Assembly (NCBI GenBank): GCA_963842945.1
Contig: CAWJIM010000019.1
Span: forward strand, 224,001 to 288,000
Direction: 5' to 3'
DNA: 64,000 bases
Origin: an uncultured Gemmatimonadales bacterium
Lineage (GTDB): Bacteria; Gemmatimonadota; Gemmatimonadetes; Gemmatimonadales; GWC2-71-9
Part shown: piece after piece, positions 1 to 10,336 of the stretch
Position numbering within the stretch: the first letter of the stretch is position 1
Layout of the letters: each line of letters starts with the position of its first letter
Notes under the pieces: generated by a model
Database searches by the model: none
What the model saw: only the letters and a program-made list of their open reading frames with translations
Told to the model about the DNA's origin: nothing
Program-made: the position numbers and the translations under genes

Positions 1-79
1 AGTAGTTGCAACAAGTTGCCAATACCGGGGGCGATCCTGAGCTGCCATGGGCTGTAGTATCAAGAAGTACTACGTCGTA

Positions 80-1760
80 TTACTTGTGTGAATACACCAC
101 CTTACCGCCAACCAGCGTCATCATAACCCGGGCCTTTTCCAGCGCTTCGGGTTTCACTTTGGTCAGATCCTGATCCAGGATGACAATATCGGCCAGGTAG
201 CCCGGGGCCAGCTTGCCGCGCTTCTGCTCGGCAAATACGCTATAGGCGTCGCCCGCCGTGTACGCTCTCAGGGCTTCTTCGACCGTGATCTTCTGTTCCG
301 GCACCCACCCCGCCGGATTCTTCCCATCCAGGGTCCGCCGGGTGACCGCGGCATAGATCCCCAGCAGCGGATCGAGCGGGGCCACGGTCCAGTCCGAGCC
401 GAAGGCCAGCCGCGCACCGGCGTCAAGCAAGGAGCGGAATGCGTAGGTGGTCTTGATCCGCTCCGGTCCGATGCGCTTCTCGGCCCAGCGCCCATCGTCG
501 ATGGCGTGGTAGGGCTGCATGGACGCGATCACGCCCAGCCGGGCGATGCGGCCGATGTCCTGCCGCCGAAGGTGTTGCGCGTGCTCGATCCGAAAGCGGC
601 GGTCTCGGGGGCCATGGGCCCGACCAACGCTGTCGTAGATGTCGAGCACCAACCCGTTAGCGCGCTGGCCTATCGCGTGTACCGCCACCTGCAGGCCGGC
701 TGAATCGGCGCTCCCGATCCAGGACCGGAGCGAGTCCTCGGGCGTTACCAGGAGGCCGCTGGTCTGCGGCGCATCATTATAAGGCTCATAAAACAGGGCG
801 GTGGTGGAGCCGAGCGACCCGTCCACATACCCCTTCACCCCGGCCACCCGCAGCCAGTCGTCTCCGACGCCATTGGCCCGCACGGTGTCGGCCATCTTGT
901 GCCAATCCTCCAGCGGTACGAACACCGCGACCCGGGTCTTGAGCGTCCCCCGGGCGCGAGCTCGTTTCAGGGCGGCGACCTCGAACCAGGGCACCGAGAC
1001 GTCAGCTACGGCGGTGACTCCCTTGGAAGCGGCCCAGCGCACCGCCCGCTCGATGGCCGCGTCGCTTTGCTGTGGGGACGGGGTCGGTTGGACGGCATAG
1101 ACCAGGTTCTGGGCCGCATCCTTCACCACTCCGGTCGGCTCCCCATCCGAACGCCGAACGATGGTCCCACCGGCGACGTCTTTCGTGGACCGATCGATGT
1201 GGGCCAGCTTCAGCGCCAGACTGTTGGCGAGCGACATATGGCCGTCCAGCCGGTCGACGAACACCGGATTGTTCGGCGTCACCGAATCGATCCAGCTCCG
1301 ATCCGGAAGCGGCGTGCCCGGCCAGCGCTCGTGATCCCAGCTTCCCCCCAGGATCCATTCGCCAGGCTTGGCCTTGGCCGCGTAGTTCTTGATACGCCGC
1401 GCGAATTCTTCGGGGGTGTCGGCGTCGCGCAGATCTACCTGGGTGAGCTGAAAACCCCCGTAGATGAAGTGAGTGTGTCCGTCCATGAATCCGGGAACGA
1501 CCATCGCCCGCATCGCGGATCACCCGGGTGCCCTCCCCACCAGCTTCGCGACTGCAGCGCTGTCGCCCACCGCCGCGATCTTCTCGCCCGACACCGCGAT
1601 GGCCTGAGCCCAGGGCTGGAGCGAGTCTCCGGTCCAGATCCGGCCGTAGATCACCAGCTCGGCCGGAGGTGCGGCGGCGGAGATTGGCCGGCTGAAGGCG
1701 TAGCCGGCGATGCCGGCCAGACCGGCGAGCAGCACTGACAGGGAAGACAGCCGATGACAT
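80..1760 (-). CDS. Secreted metal-dependent amidohydrolase (amidohydro_3/YtcJ-like), frameshifted near 1515 and 1735
   Basis: PGFMDGHTH, VHAIG, RIEHAQ, FGSDW and GYLADIVILD motifs. The N-terminal part (LVIYGRIWTGD...AVGD) is in ORF 1520..1735. Confidence 0.88.
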
Positions 1761-1774
1761 GAGGAATGGGCCTT

Positions 1775-2017
1775 TCAGGGCAGCTTGGTGAGTCGGCGCA
1801 GGGCCTCGAGACGCTCCAGCGCACTTCCGCCGGAGGCCGCGGGAGCGACGGAGAACAGATCTCTGATGTCCAGCAGGATCTCCAGCATCAGCTGGTCGCG
1901 CATGTATGCGCTGTCCAGGTCGATCATCCGCCCTTGATCGGCCGCCTGCTTGGCACGGTCGTAGGATTCGCGGTAGATGCTCTCGAGGTTGGCCAGAATC
2001 CGTTCACGAGTTCGCAT
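1775..2017 (-). CDS. Small helical hypothetical protein
   Basis: Clean 80-aa ORF directly upstream of and co-oriented with the amidohydrolase. Confidence 0.65.
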   Translation of the reverse strand: MRTRERILANLESIYRESYDRAKQAADQGRMIDLDSAYMRDQLMLEILLDIRDLFSVAPAASGGSALERLEALRRLTKLP

Positions 2018-2224
2018 GGAGCCTTAGAGCTGTAGGTGTACGGAAATTCGGCGTTCGGCGATGTAACACAAGTAGCCGCGATCAAATCCGACAAAAATGG
2101 CCGAGTGCAGTCCCCGGCAGGTTTTCTCTGCAAACGCTGGTTTGGGGCGAAAACTATTTCACCAGGAGCGGCGGATTGCAGCCGGCTAACTCGCCGCGCT
2201 GACTGGAGATGCTAGAAAAGGCCA

Positions 2225-2241
2225 GGCGGCACCCTTCGTGC
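2225..2241 (+). promoter_or_regulatory. sigma54 (-24/-12)-type promoter of pilin operon 1
   Basis: GGCGGCACCCTTCGTGC fits GG-N10-GC. An identical 17-mer occurs at 6571-6587. Confidence 0.65.
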
Positions 2242-2331
2242 ATTCAGGCAGGCGAGCGAAACACCTGCCACCGCATTCGATGGACCCTTTTCTCGAGTCC
2301 GACACTGGTCGCCGCATATATGGGAGGCCCC

Positions 2332-2919
2332 ATGCTGCTTCATACTCCGCGGGCGCGCACGGCACCGGGTGGATTCACCCTGGTTGAGCTGCTGCTGGTG
2401 ATCGTGATCATGGGCATTCTCAGCGCGATCGCCTTGCCGAAAATCGACGTGGCCCAGTTCCAGGTGAACTCGGCGGTACAGGCGGTGAGCACCACCATGG
2501 TGGCGGCTCAGCGCGAGGCGATCACCAAACAGCACGACATCATTCTCACCTTCGATGCGGGCAACCGCCAGGTGCGGCTGGTGTGGGACGCCAACAGCGA
2601 CGGAGTGATCGGCGCCGATGAGCGGAGCCGGGTCTTCACCCTGGACGATCGCGTGGTATTCGGCCGCGGCCTGGCCCCGGCACGGGCCTTCGGCGATCAG
2701 CCGATCGACTTTGACGACGTGATCAACGGCCTGCCGGCCCTCACCTTCCATCGTAACGGCAGCGCGAGCGGCGTGGGTGGATTCTATCTCACCTCCCGGG
2801 GCGCTGCGGCAGGCGATGTCAGCCTGAAGAAGCACACCCGCGCGGTCGAGATCATTCGCGCTACCGGCCGGACCGAGTGGTGGCGCTACAACGGCTCCGA
2901 ATGGCTGCGAGGCTTCTGA
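2332..2919 (+). CDS. FimT/GspH-like minor pilin
   Basis: Prepilin cleavage site G|FTLVELLLVI, GGAGG RBS before ATG 2332, and a C-terminal LTFHRNGSA segment. Confidence 0.85.
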   Translation: MLLHTPRARTAPGGFTLVELLLVIVIMGILSAIALPKIDVAQFQVNSAVQAVSTTMVAAQREAITKQHDIILTFDAGNRQVRLVWDANSDGVIGADERSRVFTLDDRVVFGRGLAPARAFGDQPIDFDDVINGLPALTFHRNGSASGVGGFYLTSRGAAAGDVSLKKHTRAVEIIRATGRTEWWRYNGSEWLRGF

Positions 2920-3306
2920 TGAAAACGCGCGCCAAGTCTTCCGCTGGATTTACCCTGGTCGAGGTGCTGATCGCCCTGGCCATGCTGGGCGTGGTCCTGC
3001 TCGCCGCGGCGGCGAGCACCACCAAGTACCTGGGCGTGATCACCCGCAACCGGATGCGGATCCAGGCCGCCGCGCTGGCCGATGCCCAGATAGCCAAGGT
3101 ACGGGTGTCGCCCGGCGTACGACTCGCTCACGGTCCGGTTCGACAGCACCCGCAGCGGAGTTCCCTTTCCGGGCTACACCCGCTCGACCCGGGTCATCCG
3201 TACCGGGGCGGGAACCACCACCGATGTGACCAAGATCAGGGTCACCGTATCGGGCCCTCAGCTCAGCACCCCGGTGGTGCGCTACGCCACCATCGCTGCT
3301 CCGTGA
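2919..3306 (+). CDS. PilV-like minor pilin, frameshifted near 3113
   Basis: G|FTLVEVLIAL. ATG overlaps the upstream TGA. The shifted frame continues AYDSL...KIRVTVSGP...TIAAP to a stop at 3306. Confidence 0.8.
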
Positions 3307-3319
3307 ACAGCGAACTTCC

Positions 3320-4489
3320 ATGAGGTCACGCTCCGGCTTTACCCTGATCGAGATGCTCATCGCCATGGTGGTGTTCATGGGCGTGCTGGGCGGAGCCTTG
3401 AGCTTTCTTCGGGCGCAATCGGGCGGGTTCCGGAAGGGCGACGAGGAAATGTCCACCCTGCTCAACCTGAGCTACGGCGCCGACCATCTGCACGCCCAGC
3501 TCCGGACCACCGGGGCCAGGACGCTGGACCGGCAGCCGCCGATCGTCTACGCCGGCGCCAACAGCTACTCATTCAACGCGGACTACGTCTCGAACGACGT
3601 GTCCGATATCTCGGCGGTGTATGTGGATCCCGATGCGCCGGCGGAGGAAACCGTCGGCCTCCGCCTGGCCGACCAGATCGCCATTCCGGGCTCGACGCCG
3701 GCGTTTACCTACCCCGCGCAGGACTATCTCGATGAGCTGGGCAACAACACGCTGGCCGAGACCATCACGCTGTTCTTTCGGCCGGACGTGGAAACGCCGC
3801 GGGCTGATGACTTCGTTCTCCTGCGCCAGGTGAACGGCCAGCCGCCGGAGCGGCTGGTGCGCAACGTTCTCCCGGATTCGACCAACCTCCCGTTCTTCCG
3901 CTATTACAAGCTGCGGATGCCCGGCGCCGGACTGGCGCCGGTCTCCACTCTGGTGACCCAGGCCGAGCTGCCGATGCGGCACAACATCCCCGGGCACGGG
4001 AGCACGGCCGATGCGGGGAGCCCCATCGACAGCCTTCGGGCCGTGCTGGTGAGCTACATCATCACCAACGGCCAGACCGGAGCCAAGGAGCGGTGGCAGC
4101 GGATCAGCACCACCATTCCTCTGCCCAACATGGGCCTGAGGGAGCTCAAGATCTGCGGCTCTGCCCCGGTGCTGGGCCAGCCGTTGAACGCGGCGTACGA
4201 CAACTCCACCGGAGTCCATCGGGTGCTGCTGAGCTGGAACCGGGCCTTCGACGAGAACCTGGGCGAGCGGGACGTGGTGCGCTACGTCCTCTGGCGCCGG
4301 GACGTGACCGATCCGGACTGGTCCGACCCGTTGACCTCGATTCCGGCCGCCGACCTGGCGACCTACTCCTACGCCGACCAGGACCTGGTGCCCGGCACCA
4401 GCTACGTGTACCGCCTCTCGGCGCAGGACTGCACGCCCCGGCTCTCGGCGTCGGCGCAGTCCATACCCATCGCGATACCCGGCCCTTGA
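3320..4489 (+). CDS. PilW-like minor pilin with C-terminal fibronectin type III-like domain
   Basis: G|FTLIEMLIAM; C-terminal VLLSW...YVLWRR...YADQDLVPGTSYVYRLSA pattern. Confidence 0.82.
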   Translation: MRSRSGFTLIEMLIAMVVFMGVLGGALSFLRAQSGGFRKGDEEMSTLLNLSYGADHLHAQLRTTGARTLDRQPPIVYAGANSYSFNADYVSNDVSDISAVYVDPDAPAEETVGLRLADQIAIPGSTPAFTYPAQDYLDELGNNTLAETITLFFRPDVETPRADDFVLLRQVNGQPPERLVRNVLPDSTNLPFFRYYKLRMPGAGLAPVSTLVTQAELPMRHNIPGHGSTADAGSPIDSLRAVLVSYIITNGQTGAKERWQRISTTIPLPNMGLRELKICGSAPVLGQPLNAAYDNSTGVHRVLLSWNRAFDENLGERDVVRYVLWRRDVTDPDWSDPLTSIPAADLATYSYADQDLVPGTSYVYRLSAQDCTPRLSASAQSIPIAIPGP

Positions 4490-4536
4490 GGATCTAACCA
4501 CAATGACCCACGACTGGCGACTGAACGCGAGGCTAT

Positions 4537-6408
4537 ATGAGCCGCTCCAGGAAGGTCAGGAACGAACGAGGCATCGCCCTGATTACCGTGTTGCTGGTGG
4601 CCCTCGCGGTCAGCAGCATCGCGCTCGCGGCCGCCATGTGGACCCTCAACGCCGCGCTGATCACCAAGAGCGGAGACCGTACCGCGACGCTGAATGACAT
4701 CGCGCTGGCCGGCCTGGAAGAGGGCCGGAGCCAGCTGAACGCCAACCCGGCCGTGTACCCCAGCACCGGGTACGCCACGCTGGCCACGGCCGCGCCGGTG
4801 ACGGACGTGCTGGGCAACACGGTGCCCAACGTCCGCCGCTCCATTTACGTGGGGCCCGACGGAATCACCGGCGGGCAGTACGGGGTTTACGGAACGATCA
4901 TCAGCACGGTGCGCGACACCTTCGGCAACCAGGTGGTCCGCCGGCTCCAGATCAATCAGGAGAGCTTTGCCAAGTTCTCCTACTTCACCAACACCGAAGG
5001 CTCGATCGTCTTCGCCAACAACGACCAGATCCGGGGGCCGGTGCACTCCAACGACCAGATCAAGATCAATGCATCCGGCGCCACGTTCTTCGATCAGGTG
5101 ACCACCGCGGCTTCATCGATTCAGGGGGAGAACAGCGCGACTTTCATGGGACCGGCGCCAAAGAAAAACGTCGCGCCCATTGCGATGCCCACCACGGCGG
5201 CGTTTCCGGCGCTCCAGGGCCGAGCTGCGGCCGCGAGCATGTCCTTTGCCAGCAACCTCAACGGCAACAGTCCGGGCGAGTCCTCGCTCCGGATCGAGTT
5301 CGTGGCCCTCGACCTGAACGGCGATGGCGACTCGACCGACGTCAACGAGGGCTTCATCCGGATCTATCAGGACAATCTGCGGCCCTGGTACGTGACCGCG
5401 ACGCTGAGCGGCAATCCCGGGCCCGCTGGAGACATCCGCCGCTCACCCAACTGCGGAGCCGCCATTCCCGGCGGCGCGGGGGGCACCAACGGCCGATTCC
5501 GAACGGCGGCGGATACCAACTTTGCGGGTGCCCCGAGCCCTCCGACTGCGGCGGCGCGAGTTACCGCCGCCACCAACCTGCTCTCGAGCGGCAACCGGAA
5601 GTGTTATCTGGGCGGAGACCCGCGGCTCACCGCCGTCAATTGGCCCAACGTTTCCGCGGCTGACTGGGCCGCTGTGGTGGGCGACTGGCCCGGCACCGGT
5701 CGGGGCTGGATCCCTCGTCCGGTGGCCATCGGCGCGCCTACCGCCAATGCGCTCTTTACCGCGCGGCCGGACAACGCCTATCTCTGGCCGATCAACCGGG
5801 AGTACAACCCGGCCTGGCAAGGCGTCATCTACGTGCAGGGCAAGGTGGCGCTGAGCGGCGTGGTCAACGGCAGGGTGACGGTTGCTTCGCCCAACACGAT
5901 CGTCATTGCCGACGATTTCCGTTCCGCGGTTGACCCAGGCTCCGCCGCCGCGGCTGACTGCGCCGTCATCGCGGGATTCTTTGCCGGCGCCGACGTTCTG
6001 GTGGCGAACAACACGATCAACGCTCCCCAGCAGATTGGTGGGGTGAACCCTTATCGCACGTACGACGAGACCACTCAGGAAGACATACACGCCGTACTGC
6101 TGGCGTTGAATATCTTCGGCGCCGAGAGCTATGACACCGGGCCGGCGTCTGGTGAGGCCTGCGGCGCGGTCAACAACGGCCGTGGCTGCCTCAATCTGAA
6201 TGGGGGAGTAATCCAGAACACCCGCGGCGCGGTCGGTCTGGTGGGCGGCCAGGGGTACGTCAAGCGGTACAGCTACAATGCCTGCGCGGCCACCGATCCG
6301 CCGCCGTACTTCCCCACCACCGGCCGCTTCGTGCGCAACCGGATTTACGAGCTGGACCCCAAGGGGTTCACGGTGGCCGGCTGGTTTGCCGCGAACCAGA
6401 ACAATTAA
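4537..6408 (+). CDS. Large PilX/GspK-like pilin with extended C-terminal domain
   Basis: ERG|IALITVLL lacks Glu5, as in PilX/GspK; 623 aa. Confidence 0.78.
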   Translation: MSRSRKVRNERGIALITVLLVALAVSSIALAAAMWTLNAALITKSGDRTATLNDIALAGLEEGRSQLNANPAVYPSTGYATLATAAPVTDVLGNTVPNVRRSIYVGPDGITGGQYGVYGTIISTVRDTFGNQVVRRLQINQESFAKFSYFTNTEGSIVFANNDQIRGPVHSNDQIKINASGATFFDQVTTAASSIQGENSATFMGPAPKKNVAPIAMPTTAAFPALQGRAAAASMSFASNLNGNSPGESSLRIEFVALDLNGDGDSTDVNEGFIRIYQDNLRPWYVTATLSGNPGPAGDIRRSPNCGAAIPGGAGGTNGRFRTAADTNFAGAPSPPTAAARVTAATNLLSSGNRKCYLGGDPRLTAVNWPNVSAADWAAVVGDWPGTGRGWIPRPVAIGAPTANALFTARPDNAYLWPINREYNPAWQGVIYVQGKVALSGVVNGRVTVASPNTIVIADDFRSAVDPGSAAAADCAVIAGFFAGADVLVANNTINAPQQIGGVNPYRTYDETTQEDIHAVLLALNIFGAESYDTGPASGEACGAVNNGRGCLNLNGGVIQNTRGAVGLVGGQGYVKRYSYNACAATDPPPYFPTTGRFVRNRIYELDPKGFTVAGWFAANQNN

Positions 6409-6570
6409 GCAAGGCCGGTAACGTCCGCGTAACGGACGCTCGGGCAACACTATAGCCGCGCAATTTTCGGCGGCTCTACGCCTTTCACTTTGCGGTAGTT
6501 GGGCTCTGCTCATGCCCAGGCACGAAACCGCCAAGTGTCGGCTTTCCAAATGGTTGCCCGGACACCCCCC

Positions 6571-6587
6571 GGCGGCACCCTTCGTGC
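6571..6587 (+). promoter_or_regulatory. sigma54 (-24/-12)-type promoter of pilin operon 2
   Basis: GGCGGCACCCTTCGTGC, identical to 2225-2241, ending 15 nt before ATG 6603. Confidence 0.62.
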
Positions 6588-6602
6588 TCGTAACGGAAGC
6601 CT

Positions 6603-7069
6603 ATGCCCAAGCCCTCCTCCCTGCCCGGAAACCGGTCCGGCTTCACCATGATCGAGCTGGCGCTGGCCCTTACGGTCATCGCGATCATGACGGCCATGAT
6701 GATCCCCCGTTTGGGGCGGGTCATGAACTCGACCCGCGTGAACCGGACGGCGACGATTGTGGCCAGCGACCTGGAGCAGGCTTTCACCCTGGCCGGTCGA
6801 TTCCGCAAGCCGATGCGGATCACCTGTGACTGCCCCAACTCCATCTATACCATAGCAGACCGGTCGGACGGCACGCTCCGCCTGACCCGCCGGCTGCAGG
6901 GATGCCGACCTGGGCAACATGACCCTGGTGAGGGAAGTCCCGGGTGGCGCTGTGGACGTCTTTCCGTCGGGAGTTTCCACCGCTCTGCTGCGATTCAGAA
7001 TTACCGCCGGCAACAGTACTCGCGCAGTGACCCTCTCGACGGCAGGGCATAGTGAGGATCATCCCATGA
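6603..7069 (+). CDS. FimT/GspH-like minor pilin, frameshifted near 6900 and 7048
   Basis: G|FTMIELALAL. It continues as VDVFPSGVST...AVTLSTAG and then IVRIIP to a TGA overlapping the next ATG. Confidence 0.75.
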
Positions 7070-7965
7070 GGAAGCGTCGCGGGTTTACCCTGGTCGAACT
7101 GCTGCTGTCGCTCATCGTTACCGCGGTCGTCGGCGCCGCCCTGGTCCGCATGGTCACAGGGCAAGCTCGCTTTATGGATCAGCAGGAGGCATGGCGCGGC
7201 GCCCGAGCCGTGGCCCGCGGCGGTGTCAACCGCCTACTCTCGGATCTCCGGATGGTGGAGGCCACCAACGGGATGGCCGCCGCCGTGGCCGGCGGTCAGG
7301 ACTTCACGTTGCGGGTGCCCTACGCGTTCGGAGTGATTTGCAGCTTACCCAATGCGAGCTCGGCAATCATTACCATGCTGCCGGTGGACTCTTCGATGTA
7401 CAGCGCCCCCGGTCACTCCGGCTTTGCCGTCCGTCGGGATGACGGCACGTACGACTATTACACGGCCCAGGCGCCCAACACTCTGCCGGCCAACGCCGGT
7501 CTGGGCACCTGTAACGCCCCGGCGGCACCCAATGCAGCCTATCCGATGCAGGTGAACCTCACGATCAACGGTTCGCCTCAGGGTCCAACAGTGCAGGTGA
7601 CCGCCAACGCGGCCTTGAATCCGGTGCCCAAGTACGGGCACATCGTCTTCCTCTATCGCCGGATCCGTTACCAGTTCAAGAACTCCGTCGCACTTCCCGG
7701 ACGGACCGGCCTCTTCCGTGCGCCGGTGGACGGTAACGCTGCCGATGAAGAGGAGATAGCCACCCCATTTGCGGCGACGGCCCGGGTGAATTTCTACGTG
7801 CTCAACAACCCGGCGGCCCAGGCCGCCGTGCCGGTCCCAATCGGCAACACCAGGGGGCTGGAGCTGGTGCTGGACGGAATGAGTGAGCGCACGCCCCAAG
7901 GGAGTGCCGCGCCCAAGACCGCGACCGTGCGGACCGCGGTCTTTTTCGAGAATCGGCCCGACTGA
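7066..7965 (+). CDS. PilW-like minor pilin
   Basis: MRKRRG|FTLVELLLSL at ATG 7066. Confidence 0.82.
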   Translation: MRKRRGFTLVELLLSLIVTAVVGAALVRMVTGQARFMDQQEAWRGARAVARGGVNRLLSDLRMVEATNGMAAAVAGGQDFTLRVPYAFGVICSLPNASSAIITMLPVDSSMYSAPGHSGFAVRRDDGTYDYYTAQAPNTLPANAGLGTCNAPAAPNAAYPMQVNLTINGSPQGPTVQVTANAALNPVPKYGHIVFLYRRIRYQFKNSVALPGRTGLFRAPVDGNAADEEEIATPFAATARVNFYVLNNPAAQAAVPVPIGNTRGLELVLDGMSERTPQGSAAPKTATVRTAVFFENRPD

Positions 7966-7982
7966 TACCGGAGGACGGACAC

Positions 7983-8405
7983 ATGGTCGAGCTATATAAG
8001 CCGAGTCACGGACGGGATACGGACTGTGGCTTCACCCTGGTCGAGGTCCTGCTTTCCATGACCATCCTGGCGGTGGGCATTCTGACCCTGGGTGGTCTCC
8101 TGACCCGCTCCGCCCGGACAGCAGACGCGACGGGGCGGCTGGGCTACCAGAGCGGAATGATGTCCACGGAGGCAGCCCGATATGACGCGCTGCCCTTCGA
8201 CCAGCTCGCGGCCGGCACGACGTGCAGCACCACCACTACCGCACCGCTGCCTCACACTTTGTGCACCACGATCACTGTGCTCTCGGCCAAGGTGAAGCAG
8301 GTCAAGGTCAAGTTCACGCCAACCTCGAACTATCTCGTGCCGGCTGATTCCGTGATGTTCGAGCGCAGCGTCTCGGGTAACGGCAGTCCGTTGAATACTC
8401 CTTAA
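7983..8405 (+). CDS. PilV-like minor pilin
   Basis: G|FTLVEVLLSMTILAVGIL with a GGAGG RBS. Confidence 0.82.
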   Translation: MVELYKPSHGRDTDCGFTLVEVLLSMTILAVGILTLGGLLTRSARTADATGRLGYQSGMMSTEAARYDALPFDQLAAGTTCSTTTTAPLPHTLCTTITVLSAKVKQVKVKFTPTSNYLVPADSVMFERSVSGNGSPLNTP

Positions 8406-8434
8406 CGGGATTGACACCCAGCAGAGAGGCCCCC

Positions 8435-9563
8435 ATGCGGTCGATTTCGTTTCGGCTGAACCGGCGAGGAGCCGTGCTTCCCCTCACCATCATCGTCCTG
8501 GCTCTGATGGCGGTGGCGGTGGCGATCACCTACGGCCGGATCTCGGCCGAGCGGGCGATTACCAGCGACACCAAGGCGCAGCAGGGCGCCTTTGCGGTGG
8601 CCCAGTCCGGACTGAACCGCTTCCTGGCCAACCTCAACGGCAAGCCGGTTGCTCCGGTGACTTGGCCGGCAAATCCGATAATCCAGACGGTCAACTACAA
8701 CGACCTGCCCGATGGCACCGCCCGGGTGGACATGGCGCAGCTGCGGGATTCGACCACGTCGCTTCTGCCCGCCGTCTACGTCATCACCTCGCGCGGCCGG
8801 TATACCGCGGCCAAGCGCTGGAATTCCAGGGCGCCTTCGGCCGAGCGGACTGTCGCCACCTATGCCCTCTGGACGCCTGCCCCATTCGACCTGAATGGCG
8901 CATTTACCAGCCTCGGTTCGGTGGCTTACAACGGTAACTCGGCCATTGTAAGCGGAGTCGATCGTTGCGGGGTGAATGGGACAATTCCAGGTCTTTCGGT
9001 GCCCAATGGCGATGTCATCTGGGTTTAACCACCCTGAGATCATCGATGGAGTCCCCGACGACGCGGCCTCGAATCTGGGCACCCCCGGACCTGCCGGTTC
9101 GGCCGCGGCCAATGTGCAGATCGACTGGGCCGCGGTCCTGGCGGGCACGGCTTTCCCCGCCGACCGGGTTTACCCGGCACAGACGTGGCTGCCCATGACT
9201 GGAACGCCGTCGATGGCCAATTGGCCGGTGACCCGGGTCAATGGGGACCTCACCCTGCCCGGAAGCGGCAACGGCATTCTGATCGTCACCGGCAACCTGA
9301 CCTGGAACGGAACTCCGCTGAAGACCTGGCAGGGAGTGATTCTGGTGGGCGGGTCGATCACCATGAATGGTAACGGCAACATCTATGGGGCCATGATCAC
9401 GAACCTGAACGTCAAGATCGGGAACGTACCGACAGTCAACGACCTCGGTAACGGTACCAAGATCCTGCAGTACGACTCCTGCTCGATCAGCCGGGCCATG
9501 GGTCACATCGGCTCCGTTCAGCGGGTGCGGAACGGTTGGACCGACACCTGGTCCAGCTATTGA
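8435..9563 (+). CDS. PilX-like protein, frameshifted near 9020
   Basis: NRRG|AVLPLTII lacks Glu5, followed by AFAVAQSGL. The C-terminal VNGDLTL...GILIVTGNL...GVILVGG repeats lie in ORF 8976..9563. Confidence 0.75.
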
Positions 9564-9584
9564 GCTGATCGCAGTCCATCACGA

Positions 9585-9623
9585 GCAAATCGGCGGTCAC
9601 CTGGGTGGCCGCCGATTTGTTTT
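9585..9623 (+). terminator. Rho-independent terminator after pilin operon 2
   Basis: GCAAATCGGCGGTCAC-CTGG-GTGGCCGCCGATTTGT followed by a T run. Confidence 0.75.
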
Positions 9624-9676
9624 CACGACCTCCCTGGCTTTTACTTCTTTCTCCTGACCTTCACGGCAGAGTACTC

Positions 9677-10291
9677 ATGAGTCTCGACGGCAAGATCGTT
9701 CTGTTCTTTGCGGGTCCGCTCTATGAGGACCTGGAGCTGTGGTACCCCAAGATCCGGCTGGAGGAGGAAGGCGCCCGCACGGTCGTGGCCGGCACCGGAG
9801 AGAAGACCTATCAGGGAAAGCGGGGATACCCGCTCACCGTCGATACCAGCGTGGACGAGATCCGCGCCGCCGACTTCGACGGCCTGGTGATACCCGGCGG
9901 CTACGCCCCCGACATCATGCGGCGGTCGCAGAAGCTGCTCCAGCTCACCCGGGAGATCTACCAGGCCGGAAAGCCGGTGGCCTTCATCTGCCACGCCGGA
10001 TGGGTGCCCATCTCGGCCGGAATCGTGAAAGGCAAACGGGGCACCAGCGTCGGCGCCATCAAGGACGACCTGGTCAACGCAGGTCTGCTCTGGGAGGACA
10101 GCCCGGTGGTGGTGGACGGAAACCTGATCTCGTCCCGAACGCCGGCGGATTTGCCGCAGTTCTGCAAGGCGTTGATTGCGGCGTTAGAAAAGCAGTCGGG
10201 AGCTGGGAGTCGGGAGCTGGGAGCCAAAGCAGGCAAAAAGCCTGAGCCCGCCTCGGCGAAGACCACTGTTTCATCAGTTCACCGAAGGTAG
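9677..10291 (+). CDS. pfpI: DJ-1/PfpI family type 1 glutamine amidotransferase-like protein
   Basis: YEDLELWYP, IPGGYAPD, ICHAGW nucleophile elbow and VVDGNLISSRTPADLP. Confidence 0.9.
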   Translation: MSLDGKIVLFFAGPLYEDLELWYPKIRLEEEGARTVVAGTGEKTYQGKRGYPLTVDTSVDEIRAADFDGLVIPGGYAPDIMRRSQKLLQLTREIYQAGKPVAFICHAGWVPISAGIVKGKRGTSVGAIKDDLVNAGLLWEDSPVVVDGNLISSRTPADLPQFCKALIAALEKQSGAGSRELGAKAGKKPEPASAKTTVSSVHRR

Positions 10292-10336
10292 ATCGTTGCG
10301 GACTTCTCCTAGCTCCGAGCTACCAGCTCCCAGCTC
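10194..10336. repeat. Inverted 7-mer tandem arrays (AGYYGGG)n / (CTCCCAG-like)n across the pfpI-mazG junction
   Basis: AGTCGGG AGCTGGG AGTCGGG AGCTGGG at 10194-10221 and CTCCTAG CTCCGAG CTACCAG CTCCCAG at 10306-10333. Confidence 0.75.

Noticed and set aside
2125..2200. c-di-GMP-I riboswitch upstream of the pilins
   Set aside because: GCAAAC and a GAAA-containing hairpin are present, but the GACGCAAAGC junction and second stem are not.
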